IMG/VR virus record: IMGVR_UViG_3300034106_002919
DNA: 64,000 nt
Source: an uncultured virus (IMG/VR IMGVR_UViG_3300034106_002919)
Taxonomy: Duplodnaviria > Heunggongvirae > Uroviricota > Caudoviricetes
Strand: one strand, 5' to 3'
Both the position numbers and the translations under genes were made by a program. Shown here in pieces: positions 1 through 7,660 of the stretch. Position 1 is the first letter of the stretch. Each line of letters starts with the position of its first letter. The notes under the pieces were generated by a model. That model was not told the origin of the DNA. It searched no databases and worked only from the letters and a program-made list of their open reading frames with translations.

Positions 1-107
1 AACGGAAGAGGAATTGGAGTTTGAATTGCTTTTCCAAAAGGTTGCCCAAGAGCGTTGGATATTTACAAAGCATAGGTATGCAAGACAGAAACTTAAAGGA
101 GATAGAA

Positions 108-308
108 ATGGGTAAGGATTTTATTAAGGTATATGACCCAAATGGGTCAGAAGTTGAGTATTACTTGACCAAAGAAGAGGTTGAGCAATTGGTTCAAGAA
201 GCAAAAGAAGTGGTAGACCAGGCTTTTGATATGAATATGGATGATAGAGATCTTAGGGATATTGTTTGGGAATATCATCAGATTTTGGAGGAAAGTAGTG
301 AGTTCTAA
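108..308 (+). CDS. hypothetical acidic phage protein
   Basis: ORF 21..308; AAGGAG RBS before ATG at 108 suggests the shorter start. Confidence 0.6.
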   Translation: MGKDFIKVYDPNGSEVEYYLTKEEVEQLVQEAKEVVDQAFDMNMDDRDLRDIVWEYHQILEESSEF

Positions 309-567
309 TATCCTTACGGATATCAATGGGAAAGAGTTACCCAATAGAATTGTTGCTTCCAGAGCCATTACATACGATATGGAGAAGGTTTTGGAGGACT
401 TTGATCAGTTGGGTTTGGAGAAAACCATTGAGAATATCCAAGAAAGGATAAATACTTGGATTGAGGAAGACTTTCGGCAGCCCATTGGGAAATGGGAAGT
501 TCTAACAATGTTGCAATTCAATGATGGGGAACTTGAGGAATATTTTCCCCTTGAATTGGAGGAATAA
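298..567 (+). CDS. hypothetical acidic phage protein
   Basis: ORF 241..567; GGAGG RBS before in-frame GTG at 298, overlapping the upstream stop. Confidence 0.6.
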   Translation: MSSNILTDINGKELPNRIVASRAITYDMEKVLEDFDQLGLEKTIENIQERINTWIEEDFRQPIGKWEVLTMLQFNDGELEEYFPLELEE

Positions 568-783
568 TAGGGATCTCATCTAAGATATGAATTGAAACAT
601 ATATCTGGGATAGATGGGATATGAAATATACCCTGTAGGGGGTTGAGGTAAAAAATCGGGTTGGGGATATCTATAGGAGTAAAAAGAACTATAGAGAAGA
701 GAATAGAGATATACGTCAGGTTTGTTGTCATCAAAGGGATGCTCTATTCATTTCAATCTGAGATATACATCAAATACAGTTCT

Positions 784-829
784 AAATGGGCATACGGTGT
801 ATAAACAAATAGGCATACGGTGTATAAAC
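784..829. repeat. 23-bp tandem repeat x2
   Basis: aaatgggcatacggtgtataaac / aaataggcatacggtgtataaac (1 mismatch). Confidence 0.9.
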
Positions 830-1405
830 CTCATCTTCTAAGCGTTAAATAAACCTCAAATTTATTTAACTAGACGGGAGTAAATGAATACATATAGACG
901 CTTATATGTGTTCTCTCTCTATAGGATATATTCATATCTGAAAGAATTTAACCCGAAAATAAACAAAAATTTAGTGCATAAAATAACAATAAAATGCATA
1001 AAAACACAGCAAAAGCTTACCAAAGTTGGCAATATCAATGCAAAAGTTGCATATTATTACCAGTTTTGTAAAGGGGTTATAATTTGGAATGGTATAACCC
1101 CCCCATAAAGGTCTATTTTGTCAATAATTGTTTAATACTCTCTATAGAGAATACAATAAAGGGTTGTTTAACCCAGCTTTTGAAGCATTAATTAACTCAT
1201 GCAATATCTCAGACTTATTATGAGATAATAAGTGATAAAACTTGTACAAATTACACGCCTGTAAATAGGTAAAGCATACGCTAAGGCTGGGTCTAAGAGA
1301 TTATCCCCATAATTTGTAATGGTATGACTCAGCATAAAGGTTAGACCTAAAATGAATTAGGAAATTCATAATCTTTTTTTTTATTTTTGGACCTGTAATC
1401 TTACA

Positions 1406-1437
1406 TACTAAAAAGATTACAGCCCTGTAATCTTACA
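1406..1437 (+). repeat. degenerate cassette-boundary element (no GC inverted repeat)
   Basis: tactaaaaagattacagccctgtaatcttaca resembles the left part of the seven full elements. Confidence 0.5.
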
Positions 1438-1612
1438 ACGGTGGTGTTTTATTTATCTAAAGCTTTATTTAAAGATTTATTTCCGCATAGGCTCGATCTT
1501 TTACTTTTTATTAAGTTGGCTTTGTAGGCATTTGCGTATCTGCTATGATGAAATTAAGCCTAGGGTAAGGTGAAGAAATTAATTAAATTTAAAAAAAGAA
1601 AAGGAAAATGAA

Positions 1613-1903
1613 ATGGAAATTGAAATCATTAAAGAATCAGAAGTTGTTTTTTCTAAAAGAGGAAGAAAAGCAAATGCTGATCCAAAAGACATTGAAATCT
1701 TCAAATCGGTAAAAATTGGTCAAATGTTCCAGATTAAGGAAATGGGAATCAATTCCGAAATGAAAGACCAAAAGGAAATTGCAAACCATAAGGCAAAAGT
1801 TGGTGCTCAAATTAGGGCAATTGCTAATGCTGCAGGTTGGGAAAAAGTTTCCGTAAAATGGACAAATAACGGAATTCCTTGCGTAATCCGTTCGGGAAAG
1901 TAA
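1613..1903 (+). CDS. family A small basic protein (KRGRK motif), copy 1; putative DNA-binding
   Basis: MEIEIIKESEVVFSKRGRK...AQIRA...V.W paralogous to 2554-2847 and 3432-3707; AAGGA RBS; own terminator. Confidence 0.85.
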   Translation: MEIEIIKESEVVFSKRGRKANADPKDIEIFKSVKIGQMFQIKEMGINSEMKDQKEIANHKAKVGAQIRAIANAAGWEKVSVKWTNNGIPCVIRSGK

Positions 1904-1942
1904 AACCCAAAAACTAAAACAAAACTTACCCAAAGCCTAAAG

Positions 1943-1975
1943 AATCCCGCTGAGAAATCGGCGGGATTTTTTTTT
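1943..1975 (+). terminator. intrinsic terminator
   Basis: aatcccgctga-gaaa-tcggcgggatt followed by T-tract. Confidence 0.9.
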
Positions 1976-2090
1976 GTCTTTAATTACTAATAAAGTAAAA
2001 GAATTCTTTGCCCATAAAGTCTCATAAAGTAATTAATTGTAATTACTTTTAATAAAGAAAAAAATAAAGCTTTTTTTGGATTCCTAAACT

Positions 2091-2162
2091 TACTAAACAG
2101 TAAGGTTACAGAGTTGTAATCTTACACGGGTGTAAGTGCCGATCAAAGCATCGGAACACCCG
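2091..2162 (+). repeat. cassette-boundary element 1
   Basis: tactaaa + agtaaggttaca-gagt-tgtaatcttaca + cgggtgt...acacccg (36 bp). Confidence 0.85.
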
Positions 2163-2356
2163 CCTGTAAGGTTACGGACTTGTAAGGTAGGAATTGTAAT
2201 CTTACACAAGCCCATAAAGGTTACAAAAATGAAAGATTGGGTAATAAATAAAGTAAAGAAAAAACAAATGTTAAAAAGTTACAGCTCTGTAATCTTACTC
2301 CATCCTGGCTAACAAGCTTGTAAGATAACGATCTTGTAAGTTTTCAGGGGCATAAG

Positions 2357-2387
2357 AAAAGGGGAGAGGGCAACCGCCCTCTCCCCT
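2357..2387 (-). terminator. intrinsic terminator for minus-strand unit
   Basis: aggggagagggc-aacc-gccctctcccct with A-run on the left (U-tract on minus strand). Confidence 0.85.
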
Positions 2388-2553
2388 ACAAGGTTGTAAG
2401 TGTACGGACTTGTTAGTCGCGCTTACAACTTCTTACCCTTCGGAAGTGTGACACGCTATCGGAACCGCTTGGGCAGTAACTTACAAAGTTGCGAGTTTTG
2501 TATTACTTACCTAGCAGTCTCCCCGATAAGGTATAAGAAGTAAGTCGAGAAAC

Positions 2554-2847
2554 TTACTTCTTTGTCACTTTTGCTGGCATTACCTGCGGAACGGAACTAC
2601 CGTTCTTATCCGCTGGTGACCATACAACTTTGACCTTACGGTTGACTGCCGTACCTGCCGCGCGAATTTGCGCCGAGATACGAGCCTTGTCAACTTTGTA
2701 AGTTTCCAGAGTTGTATTGACTGCCAGACTAGGAAGTCTGAACGCATTACCTTTTGCGATAGCGTCTGCAACATTCTGGTCAAATGTCGCTTTCCGCCCC
2801 CGCTTGGTGAACACAATTTCAGACTCCGAAATAATCTCAATTTCCAT
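2554..2847 (-). CDS. family A small basic protein, copy 2
   Basis: MEIEIISESEIVFTKRGRK; start moved to 2847 by paralog alignment and GGAAGGGG RBS. Confidence 0.85.
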   Translation of the reverse strand: MEIEIISESEIVFTKRGRKATFDQNVADAIAKGNAFRLPSLAVNTTLETYKVDKARISAQIRAAGTAVNRKVKVVWSPADKNGSSVPQVMPAKVTKK

Positions 2848-3229
2848 TGTGATTACCCCTTCCAAGTCTTACAAGGTTGTAATCGTTCACGCCTGAACGA
2901 TTAGTAAATGGTGTCGTATGGCGTGACCATTCCACGCCCATCCCCAACTACTAACACGGACACCCGACGCGCCTAATGCCTAAACTTCCAAGTCTGGAAG
3001 TTTCGCCTAGCGCGGACTTCGGGCTGGGGTCAACCGCTACGAACTAGCCTACCTAAACTTACAAGTCTGAACAAGCCCATAATTTGTACAATTTGTAAAA
3101 AAATAATTGGGGAAAGAATAGCATAAAGGTCTATCTTACAAGTGTGATATCTTACAAGGATCATAAAGTCCTACCCCAGAATTACATATTTGTAAACTTA
3201 CAAGCTCCATAAAGTCCGATTAGAAAAAA

Positions 3230-3301
3230 TACTAAATTGTAATCTTACAACCCTGTAAACTTACACGGGCGTAAGTTTTCTGGATAAAACTAGCACGCCC
3301 G
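3230..3301 (+). repeat. cassette-boundary element 2
   Basis: tactaaat + tgtaatcttaca-accc-tgtaaacttaca + cgggcgt...acgcccg (36 bp). Confidence 0.9.
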
Positions 3302-3384
3302 CCCGTAAGATTACAATTGTGTAATCTTACAATGTTGTAAGGAGCTGCGTGTAAGTTTGCAGCTTTGTAAGATATCAAACTTGC

Positions 3385-3417
3385 AAGAAAGGGCAGGGGT
3401 CGAGCGACCCCTGCCCT
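3385..3417 (-). terminator. intrinsic terminator
   Basis: agggcaggggtcg-ag-cgacccctgccct just downstream of 3432-3707. Confidence 0.85.
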
Positions 3418-3431
3418 GACTTACAACCCTG

Positions 3432-3707
3432 TCAGGCAGGGCGTACTTGCGGGATTCCGTCAGGCGACCAAAGAACGGAAGACTTTTTGAATCCTGCCTC
3501 GGTCATTGCTGAGCGAATCTGCGCCGATACTCGCGCTTTATCTTTTGCGAAAGTGTCAGAGTTTGGGTCAAGTTTCATACTTGTAAGTCTAGCGACTTGA
3601 CCTTTCTTTAGACCCTTAAAGGCTTGCACCATCTTTGGGTCAGTATTTGACTTGCGACCTCGTTTTGTGAAAACGACCTCGCTTTCGCTGATAATTTCAA
3701 TATCCAT
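3432..3707 (-). CDS. family A small basic protein, copy 3
   Basis: MDIEIISESEVVFTKRGRK...DKARVSAQIR...WSPDGIPQV; leader ctaaccgaaagg. Confidence 0.85.
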   Translation of the reverse strand: MDIEIISESEVVFTKRGRKSNTDPKMVQAFKGLKKGQVARLTSMKLDPNSDTFAKDKARVSAQIRSAMTEAGFKKSSVLWSPDGIPQVRPA

Positions 3708-3931
3708 TGCCTTAGCCTTTCGGTTAGTGTTCGGGACTCATTCCCTAACAAGTAAAACACTACCTAAACTTACAAGTGGAAACTAGGTCAAATGGGCATT
3801 TTTTCTTTACTTTTTGTAAAGTTAGTGCGCTTGTGAAATCATTGTAGTCTTACAAGCTTGTCATAAAGGTGCGGGAGCTTGAATTACATTTTTAATATCT
3901 TACAAGCTTGCCAGATATGAATTCCATAAAG

Positions 3932-4003
3932 TACTAAATTGTTATCTTACAAGTATGAAAACTTACAAGGGTGTAAGCCCAGCTCACAAGCGGCTTACAC
4001 CCT
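3932..4003 (+). repeat. cassette-boundary element 3
   Basis: tactaaat + tgttatcttaca-agta-tgaaaacttaca + agggtgtaagcc...ggcttacaccct (36 bp). Confidence 0.9.
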
Positions 4004-4052
4004 CGTAAGACTACAAAGTTGTAAGATATCAAAGTTGTAAGATATCAGGATC

Positions 4053-4085
4053 AAAAGAGAAGGGCTGGTTTCCCAGCCCTTCTCT
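4053..4085 (-). terminator. intrinsic terminator
   Basis: agagaagggctgg-tttc-ccagcccttctct with A-run on the left. Confidence 0.85.
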
Positions 4086-4097
4086 CTTACAAGTCTG

Positions 4098-4301
4098 TCA
4101 GACTTCGGCAATGGTTCTAATGATACCTACCGAGGAAACAACCGTTGCCAAAACTGACAAGACTGTAAGACTGAACCACCATATTGCGCCTATGGTAGAC
4201 ATTTCAGCACCAGCAAGACTTACAAATATGTAACTTGTGTTTAGTCCTAAAACTGTTAGCAAACAAAACCCAACAAGTCTTACAAGTTTGTAACCCATCA
4301 C
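4098..4301 (-). CDS. small membrane protein (2 hydrophobic segments)
   Basis: 67 aa, two hydrophobic stretches; GTGA overlap with the upstream gene and AAAGGGGG RBS. Confidence 0.7.
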   Translation of the reverse strand: MMGYKLVRLVGFCLLTVLGLNTSYIFVSLAGAEMSTIGAIWWFSLTVLSVLATVVSSVGIIRTIAEV

Positions 4302-4705
4302 TCACCCCCTTTCGTTGCCTTGTACGCCTCAACCTCAATGACCGTGAGCATTTTATTGGTAGCGTCTTTGACAAACTTGTAAGATGGCAGGACTGTTTGG
4401 TATCCCCAAACTTGTTCAACCTTGTGTGACGCACTAATCGCAAGCGTTGCTTGACTTACAAGTATGGAAGCATTGGCAAAACTAACGGACTGCCAATTTA
4501 TTGACTTTGCGTAATCTGTCAAAACTGTAAGTCTGTGGTTCATATGGGATACGGCTTCCAACACTTCAGAACTTACAAACTTGTAAGGGTTCTTGCGGTT
4601 TTTTGTCTTTGCGGTTGTGACAGTACCCGACAGATACTTGTTCACAAACTTACAATACTGTAAGAGAAGCTTTGCTGTCTCTTGACTTACAACTTCGTTA
4701 CTCAT
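4298..4705 (-). CDS. hypothetical protein, coding sequence rich in CTTACAA/TTGTAAG motifs
   Basis: 135 aa ORF with ctaccgaaagga leader and sigma70-type promoter. Confidence 0.75.
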   Translation of the reverse strand: MSNEVVSQETAKLLLQYCKFVNKYLSGTVTTAKTKNRKNPYKFVSSEVLEAVSHMNHRLTVLTDYAKSINWQSVSFANASILVSQATLAISASHKVEQVWGYQTVLPSYKFVKDATNKMLTVIEVEAYKATKGGE

Positions 4706-4741
4706 GGGCTTATCCTTTCGGTAGGTGAACTTACAAGTACC

Positions 4742-4770
4742 ACTCTAGGCTAACTTACAAGTCAAGTCAA
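4742..4770 (-). promoter_or_regulatory. sigma70/SigA-type promoter
   Basis: minus strand TTGACT-17 bp-TAGAGT upstream of 4705. Confidence 0.7.
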
Positions 4771-4883
4771 GCCTCTAAAACCCTTATTTTATAAGGCTTT
4801 GCTGGATCACTAAACTTACAAGTTTGTAATTGAATTAGAAAATCGGTAAAAAAACAAGTTTGTAAGATAGCATTACATAAAGG

Positions 4884-4954
4884 TACTAAACTCAAACTTA
4901 CATTTGTGTAAACTTACAAGGGCGTAAGGCAAGCTCACAAGCTCCTTACGCCCT
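4884..4954 (+). repeat. cassette-boundary element 4
   Basis: tactaaa + ctcaaacttaca-tttg-tgtaaacttaca + agggcgtaagg...ccttacgccct (36 bp). Confidence 0.9.
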
Positions 4955-5192
4955 CCTGCTGTAAGATTACAAATTGTGAATATCTAATCGCCCATAAAGT
5001 TTATTTTGTAACCTTACAACTAGGTAACCTTACAAGGCACTTGTAACCTTACAAGGTTGTAAAATGATCCATTGTAGCTCCGTTACATTGTCAATCTGGC
5101 GGGGCTGTAAGGATTCGCAACTGTCATAGTCCCGTGTGGTAGTTTTGGATTGTCGGGAATCCGCCCGACACCTACCCAGAAGGGGGGCAGTC

Positions 5193-5648
5193 ATGGCAAC
5201 CAAGCCTGATGCCTATTCATGGTCGGTTGTGAAACCGACAGCCAAGGCTGAGCGTTCAGCCCGTGACATTTGGGCTGAATACAACGCCCAAGCGTCTGCC
5301 AACCAAACCAAGCCATTGGCACCATCACGCTGTCTAGTCATGGCAGTCATGCTCACGCTGAATTGCATTCCCGACAATTTGCGTGATGATTGCAAATTTG
5401 ACGTGAAGGGCGACCGCTCAAAAGCAACCGACCGTTTCCGTCTTTGCAATAATTCATCTGGCAAGGCTGATTGGGTAACACGCATTGAGATTCCCGCCGT
5501 GTGTGAATCTCGTTCAGCGTCACCACGCAAAGACAATCAGTTGCGTGAATGCGTAGATTCAATCATGGAAACCATCGGCGGGCTGTACACGGTTACGCCC
5601 GACCGTAACGATGGTGATTACGCATTCATCGTGCGTGTGTCTAAGTAG
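5193..5648 (+). CDS. family B hypothetical protein, copy 1
   Basis: DRS.A..R, CE.RSA.PR..N.LRE and PDR..G..A.IVR motifs shared with 6167 and 7826; ATG at 5193 after AAGGGGGG. Confidence 0.85.
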   Translation: MATKPDAYSWSVVKPTAKAERSARDIWAEYNAQASANQTKPLAPSRCLVMAVMLTLNCIPDNLRDDCKFDVKGDRSKATDRFRLCNNSSGKADWVTRIEIPAVCESRSASPRKDNQLRECVDSIMETIGGLYTVTPDRNDGDYAFIVRVSK

Positions 5649-5660
5649 ACACAACTAAAG

Positions 5661-5697
5661 AACACCCAACCGCAAATGCGGTTGGGTGTTTTTTTTT
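5661..5697 (+). terminator. intrinsic terminator
   Basis: aacacccaaccgca-aa-tgcggttgggtgtt + T-tract. Confidence 0.9.
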
Positions 5698-5774
5698 ATC
5701 TCATGTCGAGGTGCTGCAAATTGTTTTTAGATAAATGATCATTACGCATTTACCTAAATGCGATTACATAAAAG

Positions 5775-5847
5775 TACTAAATGTAATCTTACAAGTATGT
5801 AAGATTTTGCGGGCGTGCATCCCCAGCGTAGCGACCCCTTCCGCCCG
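5775..5847 (+). repeat. cassette-boundary element 5
   Basis: tactaaatgtaatcttacaagtatgtaagattttg + cgggcg...cgcccg (38 bp); 71/73 identical to element 6. Confidence 0.9.
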
Positions 5848-6025
5848 TCTGGCTTATAAATTGTAATAGAATGATGCGGAATAAAGGTTTAGTCGTAAGA
5901 TTACAATTTTGTAATATTACAATGTGAATAGAAGTATCGCCCATAAAGTATTAAACCGTAACCTTACAGTTGTGTAAGATTACTAGGGCGTTTTGTAATC
6001 TTACAAGTTTGTAAGTAGATCAGGG

Positions 6026-6062
6026 CGAACAAGTGTTCGCTCCTTGACCGAACACTTGTTCG
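6026..6062. promoter_or_regulatory. two LexA (SOS) boxes, Gram-positive/actinobacterial type
   Basis: cgaacaagtgttcg (6026-6039) and cgaacacttgttcg (6049-6062). Confidence 0.8.
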
Positions 6063-6166
6063 GAAAACTTTTTTACAAAAAGTTAAGTGAAACTATTGAT
6101 CCAGCCTTACAAGGCTGCTAAAAATGAAGTATCGGAATAAGCCGATACCTACCAAAGGGGTTAGTT

Positions 6167-6568
6167 ATGTCAGTACCGAAGAAAGTAACGGAAGCGTTTA
6201 ATCGCTTCAACGCCGAAGCGAAAGCGAAGCAGGTCAAGCAGATAAGCGAAGCAAGGCTTCCGCTTTTTGCGCTTATCTATGCGCTGACCGTAGTGCCGAA
6301 GTCCGAAGTCGCATTCGCTGACAAGTCAGACCGAAGCCTTGCGAAAGCCCGCTTTCAGACTTCCTACGAAGCCGAAGCGAACGGAGTGAAGTGGATAGTT
6401 TCCGTCAATGTCCCCGATTATTGCGAAGCACGAAGCGCAAGTCCCCGCTGGGAAAATACGCTTCGTGAAGCGGTGAAGTCTTATGTCGCTTTATTCCCGA
6501 AGCAGGACTTCGTAATCGTTCCAGACCGAACGAACGGAGACTTCGCTTATATCGTTCGCACGAAGTAA
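6167..6568 (+). CDS. family B hypothetical protein, copy 2
   Basis: 133 aa, paralog of 5193 and 7826; leader hairpin + ctaccaaagggg. Confidence 0.85.
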   Translation: MSVPKKVTEAFNRFNAEAKAKQVKQISEARLPLFALIYALTVVPKSEVAFADKSDRSLAKARFQTSYEAEANGVKWIVSVNVPDYCEARSASPRWENTLREAVKSYVALFPKQDFVIVPDRTNGDFAYIVRTK

Positions 6569-6582
6569 GCGAAAGAAGCACG

Positions 6583-6619
6583 AAGCCCCAGCCCGAAAGG
6601 GCTGGGGCTTTTTTGTTTT
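6583..6619 (+). terminator. intrinsic terminator
   Basis: aagccccagccc-gaaa-gggctggggctt + T-tract. Confidence 0.9.
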
Positions 6620-6714
6620 CGGATTAAGTCGAGATAAAAACTTTTGTCATAAAGTGTGACAATAGATTAGATAAAGATATAGGAAATAAAATACAGGAAT
6701 CAAATTACAGGAAT

Positions 6715-6787
6715 TACTAAATGTAATCTTACAAGTGTGTAAGATTTCGCGGGCGTGCATCCCCAGCGTAGCGACCCCTTCCGCCCG
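6715..6787 (+). repeat. cassette-boundary element 6
   Basis: near-identical copy of 5775-5847. Confidence 0.9.
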
Positions 6788-6855
6788 CGATGTAATTTTA
6801 CATATTTGTAAGTTTACGATCTTGTAATCTTACAACTATGTAAGAAGCTCAGGGG

Positions 6856-6869
6856 CGAACATTTGTTCG
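6856..6869. promoter_or_regulatory. LexA (SOS) box
   Basis: cgaacatttgttcg upstream of 6973. Confidence 0.8.
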
Positions 6870-6972
6870 CAAAGCTTTTTTACAAAAAGTTAAGCAAAAG
6901 ACTTGTAAGCGGGTCTGTCATTGTGTATTGTTAATGCATAGGGATAGTCCCTACTAACCGAAAGGATTAGAC

Positions 6973-7266
6973 ATGAAAAAGAGTCAACGGGAAGTCGTTG
7001 AATTAGCAGAAGAATTGGGCATTAGTGCCGATGAACTGCTAGATGAAATGGAAGTAGGTTCACCTCTCAAGGGATTCACCGTTGCCGTTTCTTTCTCCCG
7101 ACTTCAGGATATGAAAGACTTCGGCAGAGCACTTAGCCATATCGGAGTTGGTATCTACAAGGCAGACGCTCTAGACCCTGAATGGGGCGGTCATGCAAAT
7201 AAAAACAAGTTTGTGCTGCGGGTTGTAGATTCCCCAAGCAAGCCAGAGGAATGGCGTATCGCTTAG
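6973..7266 (+). CDS. hypothetical protein, possible N-terminal HTH-like segment
   Basis: 97 aa; VVELAEELGISADELL; leader ctaaccgaaagga. Confidence 0.8.
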   Translation: MKKSQREVVELAEELGISADELLDEMEVGSPLKGFTVAVSFSRLQDMKDFGRALSHIGVGIYKADALDPEWGGHANKNKFVLRVVDSPSKPEEWRIA

Positions 7267-7272
7267 CGGGTC

Positions 7273-7311
7273 TGTAGTCCCCGACCCGCTCAGGGTCGGG
7301 GATTACAATTT
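7273..7311 (+). terminator. terminator-like hairpin
   Basis: tgtagtccccgaccc-gctca-gggtcggggattaca, weak T-tract. Confidence 0.7.
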
Positions 7312-7350
7312 CGTAAAGTTACAAATGTGAGAGAGATCAGCTACATAAAG

Positions 7351-7423
7351 TACTAAATTGTAACCTTACAGTTATGTAAGATTACAGGGGCGTAAGGATA
7401 TCTGTATATCCTCCTTACGCCCC
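7351..7423 (+). repeat. cassette-boundary element 7
   Basis: tactaaat + tgtaaccttaca-gtta-tgtaagattaca + ggggcgtaagga...tccttacgcccc (37 bp). Confidence 0.9.
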
Positions 7424-7431
7424 CCTGGAAG

Positions 7432-7577
7432 TTATCCACAGGTTATCCACAGCACTGTGGATAAAGTGAGGCTGACCTGTGGATAAAGTATGAGTTATCC
7501 ACAGAGTTATCCACAACCCAGAAGTTATCCACAGGGTTTGAATAAAGTTATCCACAGATATTCACAGGTTATCCACA
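7432..7577. promoter_or_regulatory. cluster of nine perfect DnaA boxes
   Basis: TTATCCACA at 7432, 7443, 7495, 7507, 7525, 7548, 7569; TGTGGATAA at 7456, 7478; degenerate boxes at 7537 and 7558. Confidence 0.9.
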
Positions 7578-7660
7578 CCATAAAATGTAATAGAGTTACA
7601 GGCCATAAAGGTTAACCCGTAAGGTTACACTACTGTAAGATTACGAAACTACGCCTAGAC

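Noticed and set aside
884..1108. 74-aa ORF
   Set aside because: Low-complexity AT-rich sequence, no homology cues; likely spurious.
2091..7423. CRISPR array
   Set aside because: Repeats are 640-1140 bp apart with whole genes between them; no cas genes are seen.
7432..7577. Bacterial oriC or prophage-host junction
   Set aside because: No dnaA, dnaN or rpmH nearby; the cluster sits between a phage boundary element and a family B paralog. Chimerism is unlikely but not excluded without reads.
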